Positions 9,500 to 17,001 of a DNA stretch of 31,837 bases are shown here, piece after piece. The notes under the pieces are model-generated. The model did not search any database and had not been told where the DNA came from. It saw only the letters and a list, made by a program, of their open reading frames with translations. Source of the DNA: a virus (lineage: Duplodnaviria; Caudoviricetes); IMG/VR virus record IMGVR_UViG_3300045176_000024, positions 1-31,837 of that record. One strand, given 5' to 3'. Made by a program: the position numbers and the translations under genes. Every line of letters begins with the position of its first letter. Within the stretch, counting starts at the first letter, position 1.

Positions 9500-9784
9500 T
9501 CAGTCGGCTGCGCGCCGGGTGCGCTCGATCAGCGAGCGGGTGCCATCGGCTTTGCGGCGGTAGAGGCCGCCCCGGCCGGTGTGCTCGTCGCGCGCCGGCG
9601 CCTGGGCCGCCGGCGAGGCGGTCGCCGGGGCATCAGCCACGGGGGCATCAGCTCCAGCGCCAGCGACAGTTGCTGCGGCTGCGGCCGGCTGCGCGGCTTG
9701 CTGGCCTTCTTGGGCTTGCGGCGCTTGCGCGTCGTCACGGGTGGTGGCATCGGGCACCTTCTTCAGCTTGGTGGACTTGGTCAC
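9500..9784 (-). CDS. Hypothetical low-complexity protein (94 aa)
   Basis: GTG start overlaps the upstream stop (GTGA) with RBS GGAG. Ala/Pro-rich body with a C-terminal GRGGLYRRKADGTRSLIERT motif. Confidence 0.6.
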   Translation of the reverse strand: MTKSTKLKKVPDATTRDDAQAPQAQEGQQAAQPAAAAATVAGAGADAPVADAPATASPAAQAPARDEHTGRGGLYRRKADGTRSLIERTRRAAD

Positions 9785-10275
9785 GAGTAGCTCCAGGTTC
9801 TGAGTTGCAGGACAACGGAGTGGCACAGCACTCCCGAGAAAAAAACCGGCCCCGCATCCACGACCTGCACGCCATCGGTGCTGTCGTCGCGGCCGGCCAG
9901 CGGGCCGGGCTGGCACACGCCGCCCAGGGTGGGATCGGCACGCACCACGGCGCGGAACTGCTCAACCAGGCCGTCGAGCACCAGCTCGGTCGCGTCCGCG
10001 TCGCGAAAGGCCAGGTAGCCGCGCACCGTCCAGGTGTGCACGTTCACGGTGCGGCGAAGGTTCGGGCTGTGCTCGGCCGTGCTGCTGCGGCGCAGCCACC
10101 AGCCGCGGATGTGCGGGTCTGCAGGCGTGCTGCCAGGCGGCGGCGTGTAGACGTAGAGGTCGGCGAACTCGCCGTTGCTGTCGGCGTGGCGCTCGCGGTC
10201 GTGGACGATGCCGATCTCGGGCACCGAGGCCAGGGCCGCAACGATGGCGGCGCGGTGCTGGGCCAAGGTGCTCAT
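9781..10275 (-). CDS. Tail terminator / neck-like protein (164 aa)
   Basis: Likely start MSTLAQHRAAIVAAL at 10275 (ATGA overlap). ...FRAVVRADPTLGGVC motif and position before the tail tube. Confidence 0.7.
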   Translation of the reverse strand: MSTLAQHRAAIVAALASVPEIGIVHDRERHADSNGEFADLYVYTPPPGSTPADPHIRGWWLRRSSTAEHSPNLRRTVNVHTWTVRGYLAFRDADATELVLDGLVEQFRAVVRADPTLGGVCQPGPLAGRDDSTDGVQVVDAGPVFFSGVLCHSVVLQLRTWSYS

Positions 10276-10772
10276 GCGGCACCTCCGGCCAGGCGCTCGG
10301 CCACGCGGCCGGCCGCGCTCTCGAACATGCGCAGCACCTGGCCCTCGGTGGCGGCGATGGCCTGCTCCAGGGGGCGCTGCGGCGCGGTGCCCTTGCGGGC
10401 GATCTTGCGGGCCACCAGGAAGGCCACGCTGCGCTCGCGCTTGGGTTCCACGCCCAGCACCGCGCGCACCCAGGGCACCAGGGCCTCGACGGGCGGCATG
10501 TGCGGCTTGGTGCCCAGCTCCACGAACATGAGCGAGGGCTGCGAGCTGCCCACGGTGCCGATCACGCCCACGGGCGTTGAGAATGCGTCGCTCGTGATGC
10601 TGGCGGCTGTCTTGCCCGTGGCCTTGGGCGTTTGCTCCTTGGCCTCGCGCTCGACCAGCAGCGTGGCCTCGGTCATGGTGCCGAGCAGCTCGCGGCGCGT
10701 GGCCTCGGGCGCCTGCTCGAAGCCGCGCAGCAGCGCGGCCAGGCTGGGGATGGACAGGTGCAGGCTGCTCAC
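10272..10772 (-). CDS. HK97 gp10-like tail completion / neck protein (166 aa)
   Basis: GTG start overlaps the upstream stop. TPKATGKTAASI...FVELGTKPHMPP...KGTAPQRPLE motifs. Confidence 0.75.
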   Translation of the reverse strand: MSSLHLSIPSLAALLRGFEQAPEATRRELLGTMTEATLLVEREAKEQTPKATGKTAASITSDAFSTPVGVIGTVGSSQPSLMFVELGTKPHMPPVEALVPWVRAVLGVEPKRERSVAFLVARKIARKGTAPQRPLEQAIAATEGQVLRMFESAAGRVAERLAGGAA

Positions 10773-11446
10773 AGCACACCTCGCGTGAGCTGGTGGCGGC
10801 GCCGGCCCGGCCAGGACACCACGGCGGCGGCAGCGGCCTGGCCGCCTGCGGGCGAGCCTGCTGGGGCGAACGGATCGGCCTGGCTGGTGCCCTGGTAGTA
10901 GGCCGAGCGGTATTCCTTGGCGCGCGCCGCGAAGTTGCGGGCGCGGCTTTCGGTGCGAGCCACGTCGCCGCCCGTAGCCGCCTCGCGCTCGCCGCTGTAG
11001 CGCGCCGCGAGCTGCTGGCACAGCAGGTGCGCCGCGTACTGGGCGACGGCCAGGCGGTGCTCTGCCGGGATTGTGTCCGCGTCCACGTCGAGCAGATGGG
11101 GCACGGCGAAGGCTACACGCACGACAGCGCCGGCAGGCAACGCGTTGATGCACTCCAGGCCCCAGCCGCCAGCGGGCATCCGGTAGGCATCCACGTAAAC
11201 CGGCGTGCGCGTCTCGATGGGGTACAGGACATGCAGCACCCGCGCCGCATCGCTCCAGCCTTCGGGCACGGGGCCGAACACGCCCAGCGACGGCCAGGTC
11301 ACATCGTCATGCAGCTCGCGCGGCAGATCGGTGCTGTAGCGCACGCGCGCCTGCTCGATGGCGCGGTCGCGGGTGTCGGGCGTGACGGCCTTGTCCTGGT
11401 CGGACACCATGTCCTTCACGAGCTGCTGGTAGTCGGCGAGTGCCAT
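10769..11446 (-). CDS. Head-tail connector/adaptor-like protein (225 aa)
   Basis: First gene after the capsid gene, with phage-like codon usage. Function inferred from synteny. Confidence 0.65.
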   Translation of the reverse strand: MALADYQQLVKDMVSDQDKAVTPDTRDRAIEQARVRYSTDLPRELHDDVTWPSLGVFGPVPEGWSDAARVLHVLYPIETRTPVYVDAYRMPAGGWGLECINALPAGAVVRVAFAVPHLLDVDADTIPAEHRLAVAQYAAHLLCQQLAARYSGEREAATGGDVARTESRARNFAARAKEYRSAYYQGTSQADPFAPAGSPAGGQAAAAAVVSWPGRRRHQLTRGVL

Positions 11447-11476
11447 GTTTAAAAGTCGGTGGTCGGGTGGTCGGCT

Positions 11477-11516
11477 GGGTTGGTGAAGGCTCCAGGTGTG
11501 GAGCCTTTACGAACCC
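11477..11516. repeat. 18-bp imperfect inverted repeat downstream of the capsid gene
   Basis: GGGTTGGTGAAGGCTCCA-ggtg-TGGAGCCTTTACGAACCC, with no U-tract. Confidence 0.7.
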
Positions 11517-11607
11517 ACCCCTCGCGGGGCGGGCCGGGCTGCATTCATGAAGGGGGGGCCACCCCCTGGCGCCGTGTGGCGCCCGCTTCTCCTCGGGGTG
11601 AGTCCGG

Positions 11608-13956
11608 TCAGGCCACCACGGCCTTGGTGAAGGCGCGGTAGTCGGTCACCGCGCCGCCGTAGATGTGGCGCAGCTTGTAGGTCAGCTTGTCGGCCGCGAA
11701 CATGGAGCCCACCGTGGGCGAGTCCTGCACGAACAGGTCGGGCTCCTGCTGGCCGTCCATGAAACCGATCTCGATGCCGGGGATGTCAGCCGGATCGGCG
11801 GCGGTGCACCAGTCGTTGGCATCCGCCCAGTACCAGACCGGGATGATGTTCATCGTGAGCGACTGGATGAACGTCTTCTCGTTGTTGGTGGACAGCTTGA
11901 ACAGATCGACTGCGGCCTCCTGCAGCTCCACCGGCACGACCAGGCGCGAGGGCGTAATGCCGATGCGGTCGTTGCTCGACAGCTCGGTCTGCTTGAGCAT
12001 CGCCAGCCGGTGCGCCGCGAGCTGCGCCTTGTCCAGCGCGGCCGTGAACAGGTTGCCGTGATCGACGTGGAACAGCGCCTTGGCGTCGTAGATCACCGGA
12101 TTGGTGCGCAGGAAGTCGAACACGAACTTGGCGAGCGTGCGCTTGGCGGCGCGCGAGAGCTTCGTGGGAATACGGCGGATCGCGCCCACGTCGTCGTTCT
12201 TGATCATCTCCAGCGTCACGTCCTCGGTACCGCCCTTCTTGACCGCCTTGTAGGTGGCCTCTTCGTCGCTCGGGCTGGTCAGTGCCTGGTAGTCGGCGCC
12301 CTCGGCCACGGTGGGCAGATCGCCGTAGCCGCCCCAGCGGGTGCGGTGCTGCATGCGGAAGTCCGAGAGCGGCACCACGTTGACGATCTGGCGCCAGCCG
12401 TCGAAGTCCACCGCAGCGCGGTACTCGGCCAGCATGCGGCGTGCCACGCTGTCGCCCAGCACCTCGCCCAGCGAGGCACTGCCCAGCGATTCGACCAGGC
12501 GCGACTGGTCGCACTCGCGCAGGCGGCCGGTGACCAGGCGGTCGCCCGTCATCTCGAAATAGCACTCCTTGAAGGACTGCACGCGGCCGTGGTCCTTGTG
12601 GGTGGGGTCCCAGAAGGCATCCAGCATGTCGCGCATGGTCAGGCTGCGGTCGCCCACTGTGATCGCGCCATTGCCGAACATGGGCACGCGCACGGGGCCG
12701 CTTTCGGTCAGACGGGCGACATAGCCGCCCTCGGCCGTGATCAGCTCGCCCACGGCGGCCTCGGTGAGCCGGTCTGCGCCGGCCGTGGCGATCTGGGCCA
12801 CCAGGCGCTCTTTGGACGCCTGGGGCAGCTTGGCCGCGTTGATGCGCTCGCGGGCGGCGCCGCGCAGTTCGAAGACTTGCAGATCGGCGCGGGTCAGCGG
12901 GGCGCTATCACCCTGGTTCTGGCCCTGGGCCTCGGCCACGCGCTGGGTGCCAGGCTCAGGCACCAACGGGCCGCACACGGCCTCGTGCAGGGCGACCACC
13001 TCATCGTCGGTGATCGTGTCCACGTTGATCGCGGCGTGCTTCGCCGGGTCTTTGGCCTTGACGGCCTCCAGCATGCGTTGCTTCCAGAGAGGCATTGCTT
13101 CTTCCTTGGGGTTGGTAGAGGGATCGGCGGCGGCTTCGGTCAGACGATCCAGGCCGCCGCCAGCGCCCGGCTCGACGATCAGATCGACAGAGACCACCTT
13201 GGTGAACTTCACCGCCTCGGTGAGGCGTTCCTTGCCCACCTGGCGGGGCTTGGTACGCGCGAAGGCGTCGATGGACAGGCCCAGCAGGCTCTGCATGCCG
13301 CGCTTGACGGCCTCGACCATCTTGGTGACGGCCGCGTCGGTGGGGTCGATGGCCCGGAAGGTGCCCACGAGCGCGCCGGTGTCGGGCGTCTTGCCCTCGA
13401 CAAAGCGCACGCCGTAGATGCCGCCGATCAGGCTGCGCACGTCCTTGCCCTTGCCGGCCAGGTGGTCGGCATCGCTCTTGGCGAACACGCGCACGCCCTC
13501 GAACTGGGGCGCAGCCTCGCGCAGCGTGGCATCGGGGTAGTAGTTGCGGTTGCCGCTGCGGCCGGCCTTGACGATGGTGACCTCGATGGAGCCATCGGCC
13601 GCTTCGCGGAACACCGCCGCCGCATCGAGAGCGGCACTCTCGCGCACCGCAGCGGCCGGCGCGGGTACGGTGCCCACGGGCGCATAGTCCGCCACCACCT
13701 CGGCCGCATCACCCAGCGCCACGGTGTTGTCCGCCGCGACGGTGTAGGCGTAGCTGTACAGGCGCCCCTTGAACGCCACCACCACGCGGTCGGGCCAGAT
13801 GCCACGCACGTCCACGTAGTAGTCGCCATTGGCCGACAGGCGCAGCTTGTCGCGTACGGCCTGGCGCACTAGGTCGATGAGCTGGCCGTACTCGGTGGTA
13901 ACAGCCTCGGTGAGGCGTGCGTAGCCGGTGCCAGCGGGGAGGAGCTTCATCGGCAT
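11608..13956 (-). CDS. Fused prohead protease - scaffold - major capsid protein (C-terminal Mu gpT-like, 782 aa)
   Basis: Protease-like region (GRSGNRNYYP...H...GLSID...SVDLIVEPGAGG), a helical middle region, and a capsid-like C-terminal ~290 aa (LSDFR...LPTVAEGADY...VTLEMIKNDD...LFHVDHGN...YKLRHIYGG). Confidence 0.87.
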   Translation of the reverse strand: MPMKLLPAGTGYARLTEAVTTEYGQLIDLVRQAVRDKLRLSANGDYYVDVRGIWPDRVVVAFKGRLYSYAYTVAADNTVALGDAAEVVADYAPVGTVPAPAAAVRESAALDAAAVFREAADGSIEVTIVKAGRSGNRNYYPDATLREAAPQFEGVRVFAKSDADHLAGKGKDVRSLIGGIYGVRFVEGKTPDTGALVGTFRAIDPTDAAVTKMVEAVKRGMQSLLGLSIDAFARTKPRQVGKERLTEAVKFTKVVSVDLIVEPGAGGGLDRLTEAAADPSTNPKEEAMPLWKQRMLEAVKAKDPAKHAAINVDTITDDEVVALHEAVCGPLVPEPGTQRVAEAQGQNQGDSAPLTRADLQVFELRGAARERINAAKLPQASKERLVAQIATAGADRLTEAAVGELITAEGGYVARLTESGPVRVPMFGNGAITVGDRSLTMRDMLDAFWDPTHKDHGRVQSFKECYFEMTGDRLVTGRLRECDQSRLVESLGSASLGEVLGDSVARRMLAEYRAAVDFDGWRQIVNVVPLSDFRMQHRTRWGGYGDLPTVAEGADYQALTSPSDEEATYKAVKKGGTEDVTLEMIKNDDVGAIRRIPTKLSRAAKRTLAKFVFDFLRTNPVIYDAKALFHVDHGNLFTAALDKAQLAAHRLAMLKQTELSSNDRIGITPSRLVVPVELQEAAVDLFKLSTNNEKTFIQSLTMNIIPVWYWADANDWCTAADPADIPGIEIGFMDGQQEPDLFVQDSPTVGSMFAADKLTYKLRHIYGGAVTDYRAFTKAVVA

Positions 13957-13962
13957 GGCCGC

Positions 13963-14211
13963 TTACTCGTCCTGGCTGGAGAGCTTCTGGCCGTCGCGGG
14001 TCACCACGACGACGTGCGTGCCGTAGTCGCGGCAGGACAGCACCTCGGCGGCCTGCACGGGCACTTCCTTGGCGCGCGCCACCTTGGCGCCGTCCTTGCC
14101 GTCCACCAGCTCGGTCACGGTGCGCTTGACGCGCTTGGCGGCTTCGGCAGCGGTGAGCTGCCTGGCCTTGCTGTCGCCCTGGGGCGGGTTTTGGTTCTTG
14201 TCCTCGGACAT
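13963..14211 (-). CDS. Hypothetical protein, first gene of the head operon (82 aa)
   Basis: RBS GGAG before the ATG, ends 6 nt before the capsid gene, phage-like codon usage. Confidence 0.7.
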   Translation of the reverse strand: MSEDKNQNPPQGDSKARQLTAAEAAKRVKRTVTELVDGKDGAKVARAKEVPVQAAEVLSCRDYGTHVVVVTRDGQKLSSQDE

Positions 14212-14252
14212 CTGTCACTCCATCGGTGGGCCGCACGGGGCGGCGATTGCGA

Positions 14253-14310
14253 TGGAGGGACTGTGCCGGTGGGGGCACAAAAAACTAAGGCCGACATATG
14301 TCGGCCTGAA
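14253..14310 (-). promoter_or_regulatory. Putative late promoter / terminator element, copy 1 (head-tail operon)
   Basis: Perfect 20-bp palindrome AGGCCGACATATGTCGGCCT (14288-14307), then on the minus strand TAGTTTTTT and CACAGT. Near-identical copy at 22467-22524. Confidence 0.72.
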
Positions 14311-14383
14311 AAGTAGGGAAGGCGCTTTTTAGGTTACCAGAGGCGCAAGATCAATTGAAATAGCACTACTTCGTCAATAAAGG

Positions 14384-14902
14384 TCACTGCTTTGAATTTT
14401 GGCTAAGCGAGAACAACCCTTCTAGGGCCCGCTTCCCCTCGTCTTCCTGATCCACAAAAGTCTTAATAGTGTTCGCAGGAACCAATGTTAGAAGCACCGT
14501 CCACAACTGAAAAAGCGTCAAGGCTACAAGCACCCCATAGGAGATGCCACGGCACCATTCAACACTCAATGGCAGAGGATATTTTTTTGCAATGGGTGCG
14601 ATCAAACCAATCAACAGGATGGCGCCTAAGATAAGAGTCGAGTTCACGACAGGGCTAAAAAGTTGGCCGATCCCCGTTTCAGATGGAGCGCCATCCTTAC
14701 GAGGTTTGAAGGAGAGCTTCAAGCGTTCGGGATAGATGATCGCTAGCCACGCGCCGATTACGCCAAAAATAATGGCAGCAGTAGTGCGCAGCCCCTCAAA
14801 CATCGGCCACTGCTCCGCAAACGGGACATTCCGGCCGAGCCATCCCCCGGCGCATACCGCCACAAGAGCAAAAACCCAAGCCAAGACCCGCAACACGATC
14901 AT
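14384..14902 (-). CDS. Four-TM membrane protein (172 aa), candidate defence effector
   Basis: Four hydrophobic segments, visibly lower GC than the flanks, starts 4 nt after the upstream stop. Confidence 0.8.
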   Translation of the reverse strand: MIVLRVLAWVFALVAVCAGGWLGRNVPFAEQWPMFEGLRTTAAIIFGVIGAWLAIIYPERLKLSFKPRKDGAPSETGIGQLFSPVVNSTLILGAILLIGLIAPIAKKYPLPLSVEWCRGISYGVLVALTLFQLWTVLLTLVPANTIKTFVDQEDEGKRALEGLFSLSQNSKQ

Positions 14903-14906
14903 CCCT

Positions 14907-15926
14907 TCAGTTCATCAGACCGAGGAGGTAGGCTCGGTGGCGAGCCAATTCGTGCAGCAAGCTTTCTGGGCGCACCAGTTCCGCATTGTTTCTTTCGACG
15001 TCAAGCTCCAAGGTCTCACGTACAAACTCCTTTCCCAGCCAGTGCGTATGGGTGTCACCATGAAAAACAAACCCATAGTCTGAATCGTCCCGATCTTCCT
15101 CTCGCCATTGTGAAATGATCTCTTTGACTTCGTCCTTCTCCAGACCATCTACCTCAACCTGATACTTGATAGTTGCCTCTTGCTGAGCAGTTTTATGCTC
15201 GGCGAGGTGAACACCTTCCAGTAGTTTTTGAAAAAAACTTCTCTCTGGGCGTATGGCAAGATCAAGCCTCGTCTTCCTTTCCAACCTTCGGATACTCGAA
15301 GCATTTGCGAGGATTTGGTTAAGTGGTCCTGGCTTGACAAAAACCTCCGTCTTAAATCGCGCGCTCAGATGAACCGGATCGGAATTCCGGTCTGGTCGAT
15401 AGCCAACGATGGTGCGCTGACCGTCTGCGTCGGGTTCGCTGAACACCACGTAAGAAGTGAAGCGCTGAACAAAACACCGCATGTATTTATTCATCCCAGA
15501 CACACCGGTTGTCGGATGCTGAAACCGAACACTAGCCATCAGTCCGTTCTCGGGCAAAAACCAGAAATACGTCGCATGACCTGGAATGTGTCCTTCTTCA
15601 ACTTCAGTTTCTGACACATCCGCATTGCCGACTGCTGCCTGGCCATTTATAGAGGTAACAGTCCCATCCGTATTGTGGGACTCGTTCCACAAAGTTAGTA
15701 GCCAATCTGTACCACGTCGGGTTGCGTCTACGAGGTAGACCGGAAGGTGATTGCCGCCATCCTGCGGATCAAACGTTTTAGTGTGCGCTAGTTGCTTGCC
15801 GTTACCCCAACGCTTGAGATCTCGAAGAATGTCACTCTCCGCCCCGAACCGTGGATTCCTATGATCCCCTCTCGGGTAATAGCCGCATGACGCAACCTTG
15901 TACAAGGACACCTTCACCTGCTCCAT
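14907..15926 (-). CDS. Soluble hypothetical protein (339 aa), candidate defence sensor
   Basis: RBS GGAGG 7 nt before the ATG at 15926, lower GC than the flanks, no TM segments, forms an operon with the 4-TM gene. Confidence 0.8.
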   Translation of the reverse strand: MEQVKVSLYKVASCGYYPRGDHRNPRFGAESDILRDLKRWGNGKQLAHTKTFDPQDGGNHLPVYLVDATRRGTDWLLTLWNESHNTDGTVTSINGQAAVGNADVSETEVEEGHIPGHATYFWFLPENGLMASVRFQHPTTGVSGMNKYMRCFVQRFTSYVVFSEPDADGQRTIVGYRPDRNSDPVHLSARFKTEVFVKPGPLNQILANASSIRRLERKTRLDLAIRPERSFFQKLLEGVHLAEHKTAQQEATIKYQVEVDGLEKDEVKEIISQWREEDRDDSDYGFVFHGDTHTHWLGKEFVRETLELDVERNNAELVRPESLLHELARHRAYLLGLMN

Positions 15927-15961
15927 CACCGTGCCTCCGCTCCAGTTTGTTGGGGTGGGGC

Positions 15962-15989
15962 ATTACATCACGACACAACCCGCTTTAAA
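15962..15989 (-). promoter_or_regulatory. Possible sigma70 promoter for the two-gene insert
   Basis: Minus strand TTTAAA-16 nt-TGTAAT with a TGn extension. Weak match only. Confidence 0.3.
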
Positions 15990-16077
15990 CCCCCTTTAAA
16001 TCAGCCGACAAGGCCCCTAAGCAGGTGATCCCAGGGGGTTGCCGCATCGAAGCGGTTTAAACGCTCCTAGCGCCCCC

Positions 16078-17001
16078 TCATTCCTTTCGCCTCCCCGCCC
16101 TCTTCGCTGCATGGTCCAGGGCGGCCTTGCGCCCATCGAGCTGCAGTTCGCGCTTCGTGAACGGCTTGGCCCCCGGCGTCATGACCTGCCAGGTCTTGAG
16201 CCACGGCAGCGCGATGCACCCGCAGTGGATCACCTGCTCTGGCGGGGCCTTGGGATCGTGGGGGCACTGCATCATGTCGAAGCCCCCGCCAGGGTTGGGC
16301 ACCTTGAACGCCTTGCCGGCTTCGACCACCTCGCCATCCATCAGGTCATGGTTCCAGCGGCTGTGTATCTTGCCGCTGCGCCGCCACTGCTTGCCCAGGC
16401 CCGGCACCAGGGGCGCGGCCTGCACCAGGCGCTCCTTGCCTGCCACCGCGAAAGCCCGGCTGACCTCGGTGTTCACGATGCTGGTGGCCCGCTTGGTGGA
16501 GTCGGCGGCCAGGATGGCCTGCACGGTCTTGATGGCCTGGAACGGCGTCACGCCGCCGATGGTGACCAGGCCGAGCTGCTGCCCGATCTTGGCCGCCGCC
16601 TCGGCTGTGACTGCGCGCATTCGGTCCACGCCGAAGGTCTGCATCGCCGCCAGGATGCGCGCGTCGAGCAGGCCCAGGCGCAGTTCCACGTTGTGGCCGA
16701 TAGCGGCCAGTGGCTTGTCCACCACGTCCTCGCCCTGGGTCCATCCCTGGCGCAGCGCCTGGCTGACGGAGGCGCCCGCCTGGTGGCCCGTGGCGGTCAG
16801 GACGGTGTCGAGCTGGTCACGCAGCCGCGTGAGCTGCCACTGTTGCCAGTCGGCGGGCTGGGCGGCGAGCTGCTGCGAGATCTGCACCCACGCCTCGCGC
16901 AGCAGGGCCACCACGCCCTGATTGGCGCCGAGCAGCAGCCGGGCGCGCTCGGCCAGGCGTTCCTTTAAAACCGCCTCGAAGCGCTTCTGCTCGGGCGTCA
17001 C
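16078..17001 (-). CDS. Minor head morphogenesis protein (Mu gpF / SPP1 gp7-like, 307 aa)
   Basis: GTG start overlaps the portal stop. RATSIVNTEVSRA...KQWRRSG...H...DGE...PHDP...IHCGC motifs. Confidence 0.85.
   Translation of the reverse strand: MTPEQKRFEAVLKERLAERARLLLGANQGVVALLREAWVQISQQLAAQPADWQQWQLTRLRDQLDTVLTATGHQAGASVSQALRQGWTQGEDVVDKPLAAIGHNVELRLGLLDARILAAMQTFGVDRMRAVTAEAAAKIGQQLGLVTIGGVTPFQAIKTVQAILAADSTKRATSIVNTEVSRAFAVAGKERLVQAAPLVPGLGKQWRRSGKIHSRWNHDLMDGEVVEAGKAFKVPNPGGGFDMMQCPHDPKAPPEQVIHCGCIALPWLKTWQVMTPGAKPFTKRELQLDGRKAALDHAAKRAGRRKE

Noticed and set aside
11665-13872. 735-aa + strand ORF
   Set aside because: Antisense shadow of the capsid polyprotein gene.
14384-15926. Naming the insert Kiwa (kwaAB) or RexAB
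   Set aside because: Only the architecture is similar. Gene order is the reverse of kwaA-kwaB, and I cannot see sequence-level homology without a search.
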